Shown piece by piece: positions 20,179 through 31,163 of a stretch of DNA of 64,000 bases. This stretch comes from a virus (lineage: Duplodnaviria; Caudoviricetes): positions 8,365-72,364 of IMG/VR virus record IMGVR_UViG_3300049052_000033. The stretch is one strand, 5' to 3'. Below the pieces are notes generated by a model, which saw only the letters and a program-made list of their open reading frames with translations, was not told the DNA's origin and ran no database searches. The stretch's first letter is position 1. Each line of letters begins with the position of its first letter. The position numbers and the translations under genes were made by a program.

Positions 20179-23100
20179 ATGAACCTGAACGAAGCACGCC
20201 AACGAATTCCGGCCCTGGCCAATCTCAACGATCAGGACGCAATCGACGTCCTGCAACAGCACTACTATCCCGATATCGACAAGGCGCAGCTGGCGCAGGC
20301 CTTGGGCGTGCAAACGCCCCAGGTCGACCCACCGCAGGCTGGCGTACTACGCACGGCCGGCGATATGGGGATCAAGGTGGCACAGGGCGTGGTTGGACTG
20401 GGTCAGGCCGCTGTCGGCCTGGGCAGTCTGGCCACGGGCGGGCTGGTCGGCAAGGGCGCGCGCGCGCTGGGCTACGATCCGCAGCGCACCAAGGAAATCC
20501 TGGGTGAGTACCTGAGCGATAGCCAGAAAGCGTCCGATGCCAAGGTCGCCAACGCCGATGGCTTCGTGGACACGATCGCCGCCTCCCTGTCCAACCCGCG
20601 CGCGCTGTTCGGCAGCGTCGCCGAATCGGCCCCCGGCATGTTGGGAGGCATGGGCGTGGCCCGTGCTGCAGCCGGCAAGATCGCCGCGCGCGCCGCACTG
20701 GCCCCCACCGAGGGCGCCGCCGCCAGCGCCGCAGAACTGGCGGCAGGGCGTTCCGCCGCTTCGGCCGCCCAGGCAGCCCTGCGCACCAAGGCTGGCGCGC
20801 AGGCGGCCACCGACGCCGTCGAGGCGGCCGGTACCCGCCTGATGGTCACCGGGTCCGCCGTGGAAGGGGCCCAGACTGCGGGCCAGATTGCCGACGACGC
20901 GCAAGCGGCCGGCCGCAGCTACGGCGAATACGCCTTGCCGGCACTGGCAGCCGGCGTCGGGACAGCCGCCATCGGGGTGGGCGCCGGCAAATTCATGGGC
21001 GACAGCGCGACCCAGCTGGCTACCGGCGCGCGATCGACGGGCGTGCGCGGCAGCCTGCCGGCGCGCATTGCCAAAGAGGCGCTGAGCGAGGGTGTACTGG
21101 AGGAAATGCCCCAGTCGGCGCAAGAACAGGTGTGGACCAACGCCGCCATGGGCGAGGCCGACCTGTCCAAAGGTGTCGGCAATGCCGCCGGCGCCGGGCT
21201 GATCACGGGCGCTGCCATGGGCGGCGGTCTGGGCGTGCTGCAGGGGGAAGCGCACCACGCCCCCACGCCGGCACCGGTTCAGCTGCCCAACACCGGACCG
21301 CTGTCACAAGCAGCCAACGCCGGGCAAGCCGCAACAGCCGCCAAGGCCCAAGCCAACGCCACGGTGCCGCAGGCCCCGAGCCCAGCCCAGCCATCGCTGC
21401 AGGAAATTGACGACAGGATGGCCGCCCTGGTCGCGATCGGCTCCGGCAGCCTGGCACGCAAAGAGCGCGACGCCGCCGGCAACCTGGTGACGATCCCGGC
21501 CGTGGCCGGGCGCCGCCTGACGACGGACGAAATCGCCGAATACAACCGCCTGAAGCAACTGCGCACCGAGCGCACCACCCTGACGCCCGCCCAGCAGGCA
21601 GAATTCAACCAGCTGCTGGCCGCCGAACAGGAACAGCACAACGCCAAGCATGCCGCAGCCATGGCCGCTGCCGCCGAGCAGCGTAACAAGGCTGAGGACG
21701 CCGAACTGGCCTCCTTGATGGCGCAGGACGAACGCGCGCGCCAGCAGGCCGAAGCGCAGCAGCTGGCCGACGCGATCGCCGCCAGCGACGCGCGGGTGGC
21801 CGCCGGTGACGCGCGACGTGCCGCCGACAAGCGCGCCGACCTGCGCACGGGGATCATCAATGATGCGGGCATTGCCGTGGCCGATCGCAAGCAGGCGTTC
21901 GCCGATCGTCTGCGGCAGGAGGGCTATCACAGCACCGCTTTGACCGACGACGATCATGCCGATTTCGACCAGGCCGCCGCGCCGCTGTCCAGCGCGCCCA
22001 ACGAACTGCAGGACGCGGTCCCGGAACGCGTCGCACCGCCTGTTGCGACTGCGGACACACCCAACCTGCGCGCGGTGGACGACGCGATCGCCGCCGGCAT
22101 GCGCCTGAAAACGGCCAACGGCAAGGTGCTGCACAAGCCCGGGTCCAGCAAGATTTTCCGCCTGAACAGCGCGCAGCTGGCCTATTACCAGGAAGCGATC
22201 AACCGCCCGGCAGTGGCGCAACAGGCGCCCGCGCCGTCCACGGCCGTCCCCACGGTCGAACCTGTGAGCCCGGCGCCCGAACAAACCGCGGCCTCGCCGA
22301 TGCTGGCCAACGCCCCACCCATCGCGCCGGCCAGCGACGACGGCTTTGACGCCGCTGCCCATGCGGCGGCGACCTCGCCCCACAACGACCTGCCCGAGCC
22401 GACCCCAGCCCAAAAAGAGGCCGGGAATTACAAGGTCGGCCATGTCAGGCTTCATGGGCTGGACCTGTCCATCGAGAACCCCGTGGGGTCCGTGCGCCGC
22501 GGCGTCGACCGCGACGGTCAGGCGTGGGAGTCCACCATGCAGCACCATTACGGCTACATCAAGGGCACGGTAGGCGCCGACAAAGACCACATCGACGTGT
22601 TTGTGGGGCCGAACCGCGACAGCGACAAGGCGTTCGTAGTCGACCAGGTGCATCCCGACAGCGGCAAGTTTGATGAACACAAGATCATGCTGGGCTTCGA
22701 CTCCGTCGAGGCGGCGCGCGCCGGCTACCAGGCCAATTACGACGCCAGCTGGACCGGCGGGCGCAACATCAGCGAAACGAGCATCGCCGGACTGAAGGAC
22801 TGGCTGGCCAGCGGCAAAACCCGCAAACCATTTACCAAACTCCCATCCGCCGCCCCGGCAGCGGAACCGATGGTCGCCGTGACTCCACCGGTGTCCCGCC
22901 AAGCGCTGAACCACCTGACCGTCGCCGACATGAACGACGACCAGCTGCTGCAGGCCAGGAGCGTGTTTGCCGGACATGCGCGCGAACCGAAGATCCTGCG
23001 CGAGCTGGTGCGGCGCGGGCTCGACGCGTCGGCCGCCGCACCGGGCGCGCCTGCGCCTGCAGCGGTCACGCAGACCGACTCCGCCACCACGAGTGTGGAA

Positions 23101-26100
23101 CCCGATGCCTCGGGCAAACTTGCCAACGCCACGGCGCCGGAACACGTTCAGACCGGCGTCGATGACCGGGAGCTGGGCGAAATCGTCGCCGAGTTCAATG
23201 AGGCACAGGCGGAGATGATGGAGGGCGACCACGTCGTGTCCAACATCTTCCAGCCGCCGGCCAAGCGCGACATTGTGCGACTGGCGGACAAGGCGAAAGG
23301 CAAGCTGTGGAACCCGGTCGAGGTGAAAGCCTACAACAAGGACCTGGCCGCACGCGACGAGCTGGAAAAGGAAGGTCAGCCGGTACCGGCCGAACTGGCC
23401 AAGCGCATCAGGGACTTCGAAGCCGTGTATCTGCCGCATGTGGCGAAGCTGCAAGCCGAAGCGCAGGCCGAAATCGGCGCGTGGAAGGCGCACGCGCAAG
23501 CACAGGGCCTGGACCCGGAAACACGCCGCGCCAACGGCCGCAAGATCGTGCTGTCGCTGTTCGACCTGTCCGGCGAATGGTCCAAACCATGGCTGGAAGC
23601 GGGCTATCAGGTGTATCGCTTTGACATTCAGGACGATCCCGAAGTGGGCGACGTCAACAACTTCTCGTCGGAATTCTTCAGCGACTGGTTCGGTGACTTC
23701 GACGGACTGGATATTTACGCCATCCTTGCCGCCACGCCGTGCACCGACTTCGCCGTCAGCGGCGCGCGCCACTTCGCCGCCAAGGACAAGGACGGCCGCA
23801 CCGTGGCCAGTGTCAAGCTGGTGCACCAGACCATGCGCACCATCGAGTACTTCAAGCCTGTCATCTGGGGCATTGAAAACCCGGTCGGGCGCATCGAAAG
23901 CCTGGGCGGGCTGCCGCCATGGCGACTGGCATTTGACCCGAACCATCTGGGCGACTCGTACACCAAGAAAACCCTGATCTGGGGACGCTTCAACGCCGAC
24001 CTGCCGGTCGCTCCGGTCGAGGCGACCGAAGGCAGCAAGATGCACAAGCAGTACGGCGGCAAGAGCATGGCCACCAAGAATGCGCGTAGCGTGACACCGG
24101 AAGGGTTCTCGTATGGCTTCTTCATGGCCAACAACGCCGTCGACCACCCTGTGATGGCGGTGGCCAACACGTTCGACCGTCTGGACCGTGACGCGATCGC
24201 CGAAGCCATGCGCGCCGGCGTGACGGAAGAAGAAATCCGGGACGCCGTGCAGGACCTGTACTACATGGATCTGGACGACGATGCCGCCAACGACGCCATC
24301 CGCGCCCTGACCCGTGAGCACGCGACCGAGCCGGATCCAGATCCGTCGCCGACCCAACCCCGCGGCAAGCAGGACGACACCGTGTCAGCCCCTGACGCGA
24401 CACTGGCCGACAAAGCGGGACCGGCGGGCGATGACGCAGTGGCCACCGCGGCGCGCGACGATGCGCTGCAGTTCTCGCGGCGCCGTATCGACACCGACGA
24501 CCAGCTGGTGAACATCTACAGCCAGATCGCGCAGGACGACGCGGCCTTCCGCCTGCCCGACAGCCAAGGCAAGACGCTGGCCGCTGTCGTGGGCGACATG
24601 GCACCCGGTATCGTGGTCGATGGCGATGTTGAGATCGACCTGACCACGGCCGACGGGCCGAACGCCGACCGCGTCTGGCGCCTGCGCCGCGGCGACGGCG
24701 CCGGTGGGGACGCCCTGGTGTTCCGCAACACGCGCAACAAACAGGTCTGGCTCAATATTTCGAACTGGAAGGAGGGCCGTAGCGGCCACCGCATCTACCA
24801 GGCGATCGCCACCTGGGCCCACAACACCGGACAGGTATTCATCGGCGACCCGGATGGTCTGTCCGATAAGGCGCTGTACCGTCGCACCGAGCAAATGCTG
24901 TCGTCCGCGCTGCGCCACGGCACCACCGAGCACTTGGCGCCCCACGCACGCCAGGTCGAGGACACCCGCACCCACACGGGTACACCGGTGCGTCCGATTC
25001 ATTGGCGCGAAGGCAACGATGCACGCAACTTGCGGGAACTGCTGGTTTCGTCCTACACTAACATTTCTGCAATTTTCCCTGAAATCGAACGTGTCCATTA
25101 CAACTTCGCCACTGGCCAGTTTGAACGCCTCCCGGCATCCGTTCGCGCACCTGAGCACGATGTACTGGCTCACGCTGCCGCTGGCGGAGAACGCGCTGCT
25201 GAAGAAGGGGTGGGACGCGGAAGCGATCGAGGCGCTGCCGGACACGGAATTGCTCGCGCTGATGAAGCAGACGGGCAGTTCGCACGAGTGGATGCAGTTC
25301 CTTTCACCGACGAGGATTTCGCAGCTCTTGTCCGGGAAGTTCGAACAGCTTATGAACAGTTCTACCCATCCTCCCGAGGAGCTTACACGCCACCGGTTGG
25401 CGTGTCTGATCTTAAGAGAGCGGCACTTACCGGCACCGTTCTACGCGCAGAAGGAAGCGACGCAGGGCGAACGGTTCTGGATCACGTTGCAGAGCGGCTG
25501 CTACAACGAGTAAGCATCCCGCTGGAGTCGCTGCTGTATAGCCGCGACGCCGCCTATTTCCGCCACGACGACGCCTTCGCCCCGCCAGCCATTGAGCAGG
25601 GCGATACGGTCGGCGACACGCCGCCGGCCGCACTGGCCGGGCATGAGTACGTCCAGGCGCTCAAGGACACCGAGCAGCTGAACCGCCGCCTTGCCGGCGA
25701 AGGCATGGCGCCGGTCAAGGCGCTGCGCCAGGCCCCCACCACGCAATTCGCCATGGCGCGCCAGATCGGCAAGGCCTTGGGTATCCGGGTCCAGTTCGTA
25801 TCGGGCAATGGCGACTTCGAAGGAGTTGCCACCGGCGGGGTGGCCTATCTGGCCAACGATATGCGCCAGCCTGCACTGGCCATTGCCGGCCACGAGACCC
25901 TGCACGCCCTGGAGCAAAGCAATCCCGCACTGGGCGAGCGCCTGCGCGCGCAGATCCGCAGCTACCTCAAGGAAGGAGTGGTGGATGACCGGCAGGCGCG
26001 CGAATATGCGGCCAGCGGCTTTCAGGAAGTCACCGAGCGGCAGGCCGAAAGCGAGGTCCTGGCCGATATCAACGGCGCCATGTGGCTGGACCCGGGCTTC

Positions 26101-29100
26101 TGGGCTGCATTGGCCAAGGCCGACCGCTCGCTATTCCGCACGGTGGCCTACAAGTTCATGGAAGTGGCCACGTCCCTGCTGGCGTCCCTGCGCCGCGGAC
26201 GGTTCGACGTGACGCAACTGGTGTCGGACGTGGATGCGGTGCGCAACATTATGGTGGCGACCTGGGCCGAGCATACCCGTAGCCGGGACGCACTCACGCA
26301 AGACACAGCGCGCCGCGCGGTGCCGGTCTATGCGCCGGCACTGGACGGCTTAGTGGCGCCAGAACAGCAGCTGTCGACCGACGCGCTGCACCAGCTGGCG
26401 GACGCGGTCGTAGCGCCGCTCGCGCATCCGCCGCAAATCTTCGTTCTGGATGGCCCGGAATTCCTCGACCGTCATCTGGTCGGGGCTGGCGAGGCGCCAG
26501 TGAGCGCGGGGGCGACGATCGGCGGCAAGATTTACCTGTTCCGTAACGGCATTTCCAGCCGGGATAGCGCGGCGGCCACGATCTGGCATGAGTTGTTCCA
26601 CTATGGGCTCCGAAAACTGATGACGCCGGATAATTATGTTTCGGCAATGTCGAAATTGTACAACATCGACCCACAGGTGAAGGCCTACGCCGATCGCTGG
26701 AAGGCGACCGAGGATGCGGCGACGCGCCATCGGTCCGGGGTCAGCGTGACCGACATGCACGTGCTGGCGGTGGAAGAAGCGCTGGCCGTGATGGCCGAGG
26801 AACAGCGCAACGGCAAGCCGGTCGGCACCCGCTATGCCACCGAAAGCCACATCGGCCGCATGCTGCTGTGGATGGTCAATACCGCCCGCAGCATGGGTCT
26901 GGACCGCGTGGCCGAAGCGCTGCGCAAACTGACCCGGGCGCAGGGCCAGGTGTTCGTGGAAAGCATTTTCGACCGCATCGCCGCCGGCGAACGGGAAGTC
27001 GAGGGTGCCATGGCGTCGCTCGACGGCCGCAGCATCAACTTCCGCGCAGCCGATGGTGCCCGACCTGCCACGGACAGCGACAACTTCCGCGCCTGGTTTG
27101 GTGATAGCAAGGTGGTGGACAAGGACGGGGAACCCTTGGTGGTCTACCACGGCACCACCCGTGACTTTTCCACGTTCGATATCGGCGAACCCTTCGGCGA
27201 CAAAGAGGCAGGCGCGTTCTTCACCGCCGATCCGGGCGCCGCCAGCGCCTACGCGCACAAGGAAGGCGGGCGCGTCATGCCGGCATTCCTGCGCATTGAG
27301 CACCCTTACGTCACCACGGTAGAGGACTGGGAAAGCGGCGCGGCCAGTTCAGTGGACGCCATCAAACACGAGGGCCGGCATGATGGCTATCAGGTGAAAG
27401 GCTGGTCGGACGCGGGCGACATGTGGATCGCGTTTGAGCCCGAGCAGATCAAGTCCGCGATCGGCAACGACGGCAGCTTCGATGGCGAGAACCCGGATAT
27501 CGCGTTCAGCCGTGCAGGGCTGGCCGCGGCGCTGGGCAAGGCCGCCGGCAACATTGAAAACGTGCGCCTGCCCGCCGGCTACCTGCTGGGCGACCTGTTC
27601 AACCGCAGCGGCAAGATCAGCTGGTGGCATAAAAGCATCGGCACCATGGACAACCTGGCGCGTCGCCAGCCGCTGTTCGCGCCGGTGTACCGTGCCGTGC
27701 AGGGCTTCCTGGGCGACGTGTCGCGCTATGCCGTCGTGGCAGCCAACAAGGCCCCCACCCTGTTGCCGAAGCTGGAAAAAGTCGCCGACATCCTGGGCAA
27801 GGACCGCAAGAAGCCCTTGACGGCGGAGGACACCAAGGCCATCAGCGCACCGATCTTCGAAGGCACGCTGGTGTGGGCGCGCGACGCCCACGGCAAACCG
27901 GTCAAACTGGCCGAGCTGGAAGCATGGGCCGACGGCCTGACGACCGCCCAGAAGGCCGATATCCTGCTGCAGAAGGGCATCATTGATGACGAAACGAATC
28001 AGGCCTGGCTGCACAGCCCGCTGGATCACTACGATGAAAGCATCAATCGCCGCTTCACCACCACGCAGCTGCAGGCCGGCGTGGTATGGAGCGATGCGGA
28101 GCTGCGCGAGCTGTTCCAGCTGGACGACCGTCGCATTGGCCTGTACCGCGAATTCCGCGCGGCGCTGGACCAGAGCCTGACCAACCTGACCATCAGCGAG
28201 ATGGTCAAGCTGGGCGGCAAGGATGCCGAAGGCACGCTGGACTACGCCATGGCGCAGCCGGACCTGCGCGGTGCTGCGCATTACCTGCGTGATCATTTCG
28301 TGGCGCTGGCCAAGCTGCACCCTGAAAAGGCGGACTGGCATCTGGATACGGCGCGCCAGATCATGGACCTGGCCGACCGCGGCCAGGACCTGATGGACCG
28401 TGGCTACGCGCCACTGTCGCGTTTTGGCAAGCACACCGTCTACGTGCAGCAGGGCGGCGACCAGGTGTACTTCGGCATGTTCGAAACCCCGTATGAAGCC
28501 GCCCGCATGGCGCGCCAGATGGAATCCGAGCACCCGGGCGCCGACGTGTCGCAGGGCACGGTCTCCGAAGATGCCTACAAGCTGTTCGCCGGCATCGCTC
28601 CGGAGACCATCGAGCTGTTCGGTTCCATGGTCGGGCTCGACAGCCAGGGTGACAGCGCAGGCAGCGAGGTGTACCAGTCGTACCTGAAACTGGCCAAGAA
28701 CAACCGCAGCGCGATGAAGCGCATGATCGAGCGCAAGGGCATCGCCGGCTTCTCGGAGGACGCCGGCCGCGTGCTGGCCTCGTTCATCTATTCGAATGCC
28801 CGCCTCACCTCGGGTAACGCCAATCTGGGCAAGATTGACGAGGCCATCACCACCATTCCGAAGCAGGAAGGCGAACTAACCGACGCCGCCATGCAGCTGC
28901 GCGAGACCATCCGCAATTCCGAAGGCGGCAACCGGCTGGGCGGCCTGATGTTCGCCCAGTTCCTCGGTGGGTCGGTGGCATCCGCCCTGGTCAACCTGAC
29001 GCAGCCGGTGACCATGACCTTGCCCTACCTGAGCCAATATGGTGGTATCGGCAAGGCCGGCCAGCGTCTCGCCGGCGCCATCCGCGATGCCGGCAAGCGC

Positions 29101-30435
29101 AGCACGGGCGACGCGAGGCTGGACGCAGCGCTGCAATGGGCCGCTGACGAAGGTATCGTGGCGCCGCAGGAAGTGCACTACCTGCAGGCGCAAGCGGCCG
29201 GCAAGGGGGCTTTGCAATCGGGCGATGGCACACGGGTCGGCAACGCCCGCGCGCAGCTGAACAACGCCTTGGCCAAGGTCCAGCTGGGCTGGGGCAAGTT
29301 GTTCGCCATGGCGGAGGAAGCCAACCGCCGGATCACCTTCATTGCGGCCTACCGCACGGCCATCGAGGAAGGCAAGTCCGACCCGGCCCGCTTCGCCGAA
29401 GAAGTCGTGACGCAGACACAAGGTACCTACAACAGCGGCAACCGACCGAAGTGGGCGCGCAACCCGGTCGGTGGCGTCCTGATGACGTTCAAGCAGTACT
29501 CCATCGGCTATCTGGAGCTGTTGACACGCATGGCTTTCGCCGGCCCACCAGGTTCGCCCGAGCGTGCCGCCGGCCGCCGCGCGGCGCTGTACATGGTCGC
29601 CGTGCTGTTCCTGATGGCGGGCGCCGATGGACTGCCGTTCGAACAGGACCTGGAAGACGCCTTGGACGGCGTCATGCAGTGCCTCGGCTACAACTTCTCC
29701 ACCAAGCGCGCCAAGCAAGAATTCCTGACCGGCGTGCTGGGCGCGGGCGGCGCCGACTTCGTGCTGAAAGGCGTGTCGAGCATGCCGGGCATGCCGATCG
29801 ACGTGGCAGGGCGCTTCGGCATGGGCAACTTGATTCCCGGTACCGGCCTGTTGACGAAGAAAGATTCGTACACGCAGGACCTGGGCGAGCTGGTCGGCCC
29901 GGCGGGTGACGTGGCCAAGCGCACGTTCGCCGCCGCAGGCAAGCTCCTGGGCGGTGACGTCGCCGGCGCGGCGCTGGACATGTCGCCGGCAGCCGTGCGC
30001 AACGCCGTCAAGGGTGCCGACATGCTGTCGACCGGTCATTACTCGGACGGGCGTGGCTACAAGGTCAACGACACCACCCCGATCGAAGGCGTGCTGAAGA
30101 TCGTCGGCTTCCAGCCAAACAGCACCGCGAATATCCAGGATGCGAAGGGGCAGGCGCTCGACATGATTAGCCAGACCCGGATGCGCTCCAAGGAGATTCA
30201 GGAGCACTGGGCGCAGGGTATTCTGGAAGGCGACGCCAGCACCATCGCCGAGGCCCGGGCGTGGCGCGACGACTGGAACGCCAAGAACCCGGAAGCGCCG
30301 GTGCGCGTGAATATGGCGGCGATCGCCAAGCGGGTGCGCAACATGCGTCAGGACGTGATGAACCGCACGCAGAAGACGGCGCCGGCCGCGCTGAAGGCGG
30401 CCGTGCGCAGCGAACTGTCCGAAACACGCGGATAA
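20179..30435 (+). CDS. Giant polyvalent internal virion protein (InPase-like, C5 DNA methyltransferase-like, two HExxH peptidase motifs, ART-PolyVal-like, PLxRFG domain)
   Basis: 3418 aa; HYGYIKGT.GADKDHIDVFVGP (~22.5 kb); LSLFDLSG/TPCTDF/IENPVG (23.5-24.1 kb); HETLH 25891, HELFH 26587; FRAWFGDSKVVD..GEPLVVYHGT (~27.1 kb); PLSRFG 28411. Confidence 0.88.
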   Translation: MNLNEARQRIPALANLNDQDAIDVLQQHYYPDIDKAQLAQALGVQTPQVDPPQAGVLRTAGDMGIKVAQGVVGLGQAAVGLGSLATGGLVGKGARALGYDPQRTKEILGEYLSDSQKASDAKVANADGFVDTIAASLSNPRALFGSVAESAPGMLGGMGVARAAAGKIAARAALAPTEGAAASAAELAAGRSAASAAQAALRTKAGAQAATDAVEAAGTRLMVTGSAVEGAQTAGQIADDAQAAGRSYGEYALPALAAGVGTAAIGVGAGKFMGDSATQLATGARSTGVRGSLPARIAKEALSEGVLEEMPQSAQEQVWTNAAMGEADLSKGVGNAAGAGLITGAAMGGGLGVLQGEAHHAPTPAPVQLPNTGPLSQAANAGQAATAAKAQANATVPQAPSPAQPSLQEIDDRMAALVAIGSGSLARKERDAAGNLVTIPAVAGRRLTTDEIAEYNRLKQLRTERTTLTPAQQAEFNQLLAAEQEQHNAKHAAAMAAAAEQRNKAEDAELASLMAQDERARQQAEAQQLADAIAASDARVAAGDARRAADKRADLRTGIINDAGIAVADRKQAFADRLRQEGYHSTALTDDDHADFDQAAAPLSSAPNELQDAVPERVAPPVATADTPNLRAVDDAIAAGMRLKTANGKVLHKPGSSKIFRLNSAQLAYYQEAINRPAVAQQAPAPSTAVPTVEPVSPAPEQTAASPMLANAPPIAPASDDGFDAAAHAAATSPHNDLPEPTPAQKEAGNYKVGHVRLHGLDLSIENPVGSVRRGVDRDGQAWESTMQHHYGYIKGTVGADKDHIDVFVGPNRDSDKAFVVDQVHPDSGKFDEHKIMLGFDSVEAARAGYQANYDASWTGGRNISETSIAGLKDWLASGKTRKPFTKLPSAAPAAEPMVAVTPPVSRQALNHLTVADMNDDQLLQARSVFAGHAREPKILRELVRRGLDASAAAPGAPAPAAVTQTDSATTSVEPDASGKLANATAPEHVQTGVDDRELGEIVAEFNEAQAEMMEGDHVVSNIFQPPAKRDIVRLADKAKGKLWNPVEVKAYNKDLAARDELEKEGQPVPAELAKRIRDFEAVYLPHVAKLQAEAQAEIGAWKAHAQAQGLDPETRRANGRKIVLSLFDLSGEWSKPWLEAGYQVYRFDIQDDPEVGDVNNFSSEFFSDWFGDFDGLDIYAILAATPCTDFAVSGARHFAAKDKDGRTVASVKLVHQTMRTIEYFKPVIWGIENPVGRIESLGGLPPWRLAFDPNHLGDSYTKKTLIWGRFNADLPVAPVEATEGSKMHKQYGGKSMATKNARSVTPEGFSYGFFMANNAVDHPVMAVANTFDRLDRDAIAEAMRAGVTEEEIRDAVQDLYYMDLDDDAANDAIRALTREHATEPDPDPSPTQPRGKQDDTVSAPDATLADKAGPAGDDAVATAARDDALQFSRRRIDTDDQLVNIYSQIAQDDAAFRLPDSQGKTLAAVVGDMAPGIVVDGDVEIDLTTADGPNADRVWRLRRGDGAGGDALVFRNTRNKQVWLNISNWKEGRSGHRIYQAIATWAHNTGQVFIGDPDGLSDKALYRRTEQMLSSALRHGTTEHLAPHARQVEDTRTHTGTPVRPIHWREGNDARNLRELLVSSYTNISAIFPEIERVHYNFATGQFERLPASVRAPEHDVLAHAAAGGERAAEEGVGRGSDRGAAGHGIARADEADGQFARVDAVPFTDEDFAALVREVRTAYEQFYPSSRGAYTPPVGVSDLKRAALTGTVLRAEGSDAGRTVLDHVAERLLQRVSIPLESLLYSRDAAYFRHDDAFAPPAIEQGDTVGDTPPAALAGHEYVQALKDTEQLNRRLAGEGMAPVKALRQAPTTQFAMARQIGKALGIRVQFVSGNGDFEGVATGGVAYLANDMRQPALAIAGHETLHALEQSNPALGERLRAQIRSYLKEGVVDDRQAREYAASGFQEVTERQAESEVLADINGAMWLDPGFWAALAKADRSLFRTVAYKFMEVATSLLASLRRGRFDVTQLVSDVDAVRNIMVATWAEHTRSRDALTQDTARRAVPVYAPALDGLVAPEQQLSTDALHQLADAVVAPLAHPPQIFVLDGPEFLDRHLVGAGEAPVSAGATIGGKIYLFRNGISSRDSAAATIWHELFHYGLRKLMTPDNYVSAMSKLYNIDPQVKAYADRWKATEDAATRHRSGVSVTDMHVLAVEEALAVMAEEQRNGKPVGTRYATESHIGRMLLWMVNTARSMGLDRVAEALRKLTRAQGQVFVESIFDRIAAGEREVEGAMASLDGRSINFRAADGARPATDSDNFRAWFGDSKVVDKDGEPLVVYHGTTRDFSTFDIGEPFGDKEAGAFFTADPGAASAYAHKEGGRVMPAFLRIEHPYVTTVEDWESGAASSVDAIKHEGRHDGYQVKGWSDAGDMWIAFEPEQIKSAIGNDGSFDGENPDIAFSRAGLAAALGKAAGNIENVRLPAGYLLGDLFNRSGKISWWHKSIGTMDNLARRQPLFAPVYRAVQGFLGDVSRYAVVAANKAPTLLPKLEKVADILGKDRKKPLTAEDTKAISAPIFEGTLVWARDAHGKPVKLAELEAWADGLTTAQKADILLQKGIIDDETNQAWLHSPLDHYDESINRRFTTTQLQAGVVWSDAELRELFQLDDRRIGLYREFRAALDQSLTNLTISEMVKLGGKDAEGTLDYAMAQPDLRGAAHYLRDHFVALAKLHPEKADWHLDTARQIMDLADRGQDLMDRGYAPLSRFGKHTVYVQQGGDQVYFGMFETPYEAARMARQMESEHPGADVSQGTVSEDAYKLFAGIAPETIELFGSMVGLDSQGDSAGSEVYQSYLKLAKNNRSAMKRMIERKGIAGFSEDAGRVLASFIYSNARLTSGNANLGKIDEAITTIPKQEGELTDAAMQLRETIRNSEGGNRLGGLMFAQFLGGSVASALVNLTQPVTMTLPYLSQYGGIGKAGQRLAGAIRDAGKRSTGDARLDAALQWAADEGIVAPQEVHYLQAQAAGKGALQSGDGTRVGNARAQLNNALAKVQLGWGKLFAMAEEANRRITFIAAYRTAIEEGKSDPARFAEEVVTQTQGTYNSGNRPKWARNPVGGVLMTFKQYSIGYLELLTRMAFAGPPGSPERAAGRRAALYMVAVLFLMAGADGLPFEQDLEDALDGVMQCLGYNFSTKRAKQEFLTGVLGAGGADFVLKGVSSMPGMPIDVAGRFGMGNLIPGTGLLTKKDSYTQDLGELVGPAGDVAKRTFAAAGKLLGGDVAGAALDMSPAAVRNAVKGADMLSTGHYSDGRGYKVNDTTPIEGVLKIVGFQPNSTANIQDAKGQALDMISQTRMRSKEIQEHWAQGILEGDASTIAEARAWRDDWNAKNPEAPVRVNMAAIAKRVRNMRQDVMNRTQKTAPAALKAAVRSELSETRG

Positions 30436-30438
30436 GGC

Positions 30439-30463
30439 AAAGGCCCCTCGCGGGGCCTTTTTT
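30439..30463. terminator. Bidirectional terminator between convergent late and early arms
   Basis: AAAGGCCCC-TCGC-GGGGCCTTT-TTT. Confidence 0.8.
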
Positions 30464-31163
30464 ACAGCAGCAGCAGCGCCTGCTGCGCGGTACCGGCGAC
30501 CGCCGTGTGCACCCTGGCGTCGCTGCCTCGCCGGTAACCATGGTGGCGGTGCAAGTTGGGCGAATGCCGTTCAGGCAGGTCGCGTTCGGACGGTTTCAGG
30601 ACGCCCAGCTGGGCATGGTGGGTCAGCATGTAGGCCTGGACCGCCGTCATATCGTGCGCCGGCGGCGGCCCTGCATTGAGCAATCGGTATACCGCCAGCA
30701 CCCAGCCATCGCAGAAGGCGTCCGCTGCGGCCAGCTTGTTCTTGCGGTAGCGCTTGAGCTTGGTGGCGCTGTATTCGGCACGGCCCTTGGCCAGCTGGCG
30801 GCGCAACACCGTGAAGGTATAGGCGGCCACGTCGGCGCCAGCCCCGGCGCCGACAAAGACCCAGAGCCCTTCGATATCGCGGTTGTCGGCCCGCGGCCGG
30901 GTCTTGAACAGGGTGTCGCAGCCGAAGCTCTCCGCGACCATGCTGGCCAGCGCGCATTCGTAGCCTGCTGGCCGCCGCTTGGCCTGGCTCCGCACATCCT
31001 TTTCGGCCACCCCGGCCGCCAGCAGTTCCGGCTGGTCGACATTGAAGCGCACCATCAAGGCCCGCGCCTGGCTGAGTGCACGCGCCACTTCCTCGGGGAA
31101 GCTGGACCCTTCCGCCCTTGCCAGGCACGCGCGGATCTTGCGCAGGGCATCCTTCCTATCCAT
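30462..31163 (-). CDS. DUF2786-domain protein
   Basis: ALRKIRACLARA...PEE...AL.QARALM..FNV N-terminus. Confidence 0.8.
   Translation of the reverse strand: MDRKDALRKIRACLARAEGSSFPEEVARALSQARALMVRFNVDQPELLAAGVAEKDVRSQAKRRPAGYECALASMVAESFGCDTLFKTRPRADNRDIEGLWVFVGAGAGADVAAYTFTVLRRQLAKGRAEYSATKLKRYRKNKLAAADAFCDGWVLAVYRLLNAGPPPAHDMTAVQAYMLTHHAQLGVLKPSERDLPERHSPNLHRHHGYRRGSDARVHTAVAGTAQQALLLL

Noticed and set aside
21304-24357. 1017-aa minus-strand ORF and many other long antisense ORFs (e.g. 3439..4617, 13356..14756, 27349..28533, 28876..30207)
   Set aside because: Shadow frames of high-GC plus-strand genes with recognisable motifs; no motifs of their own
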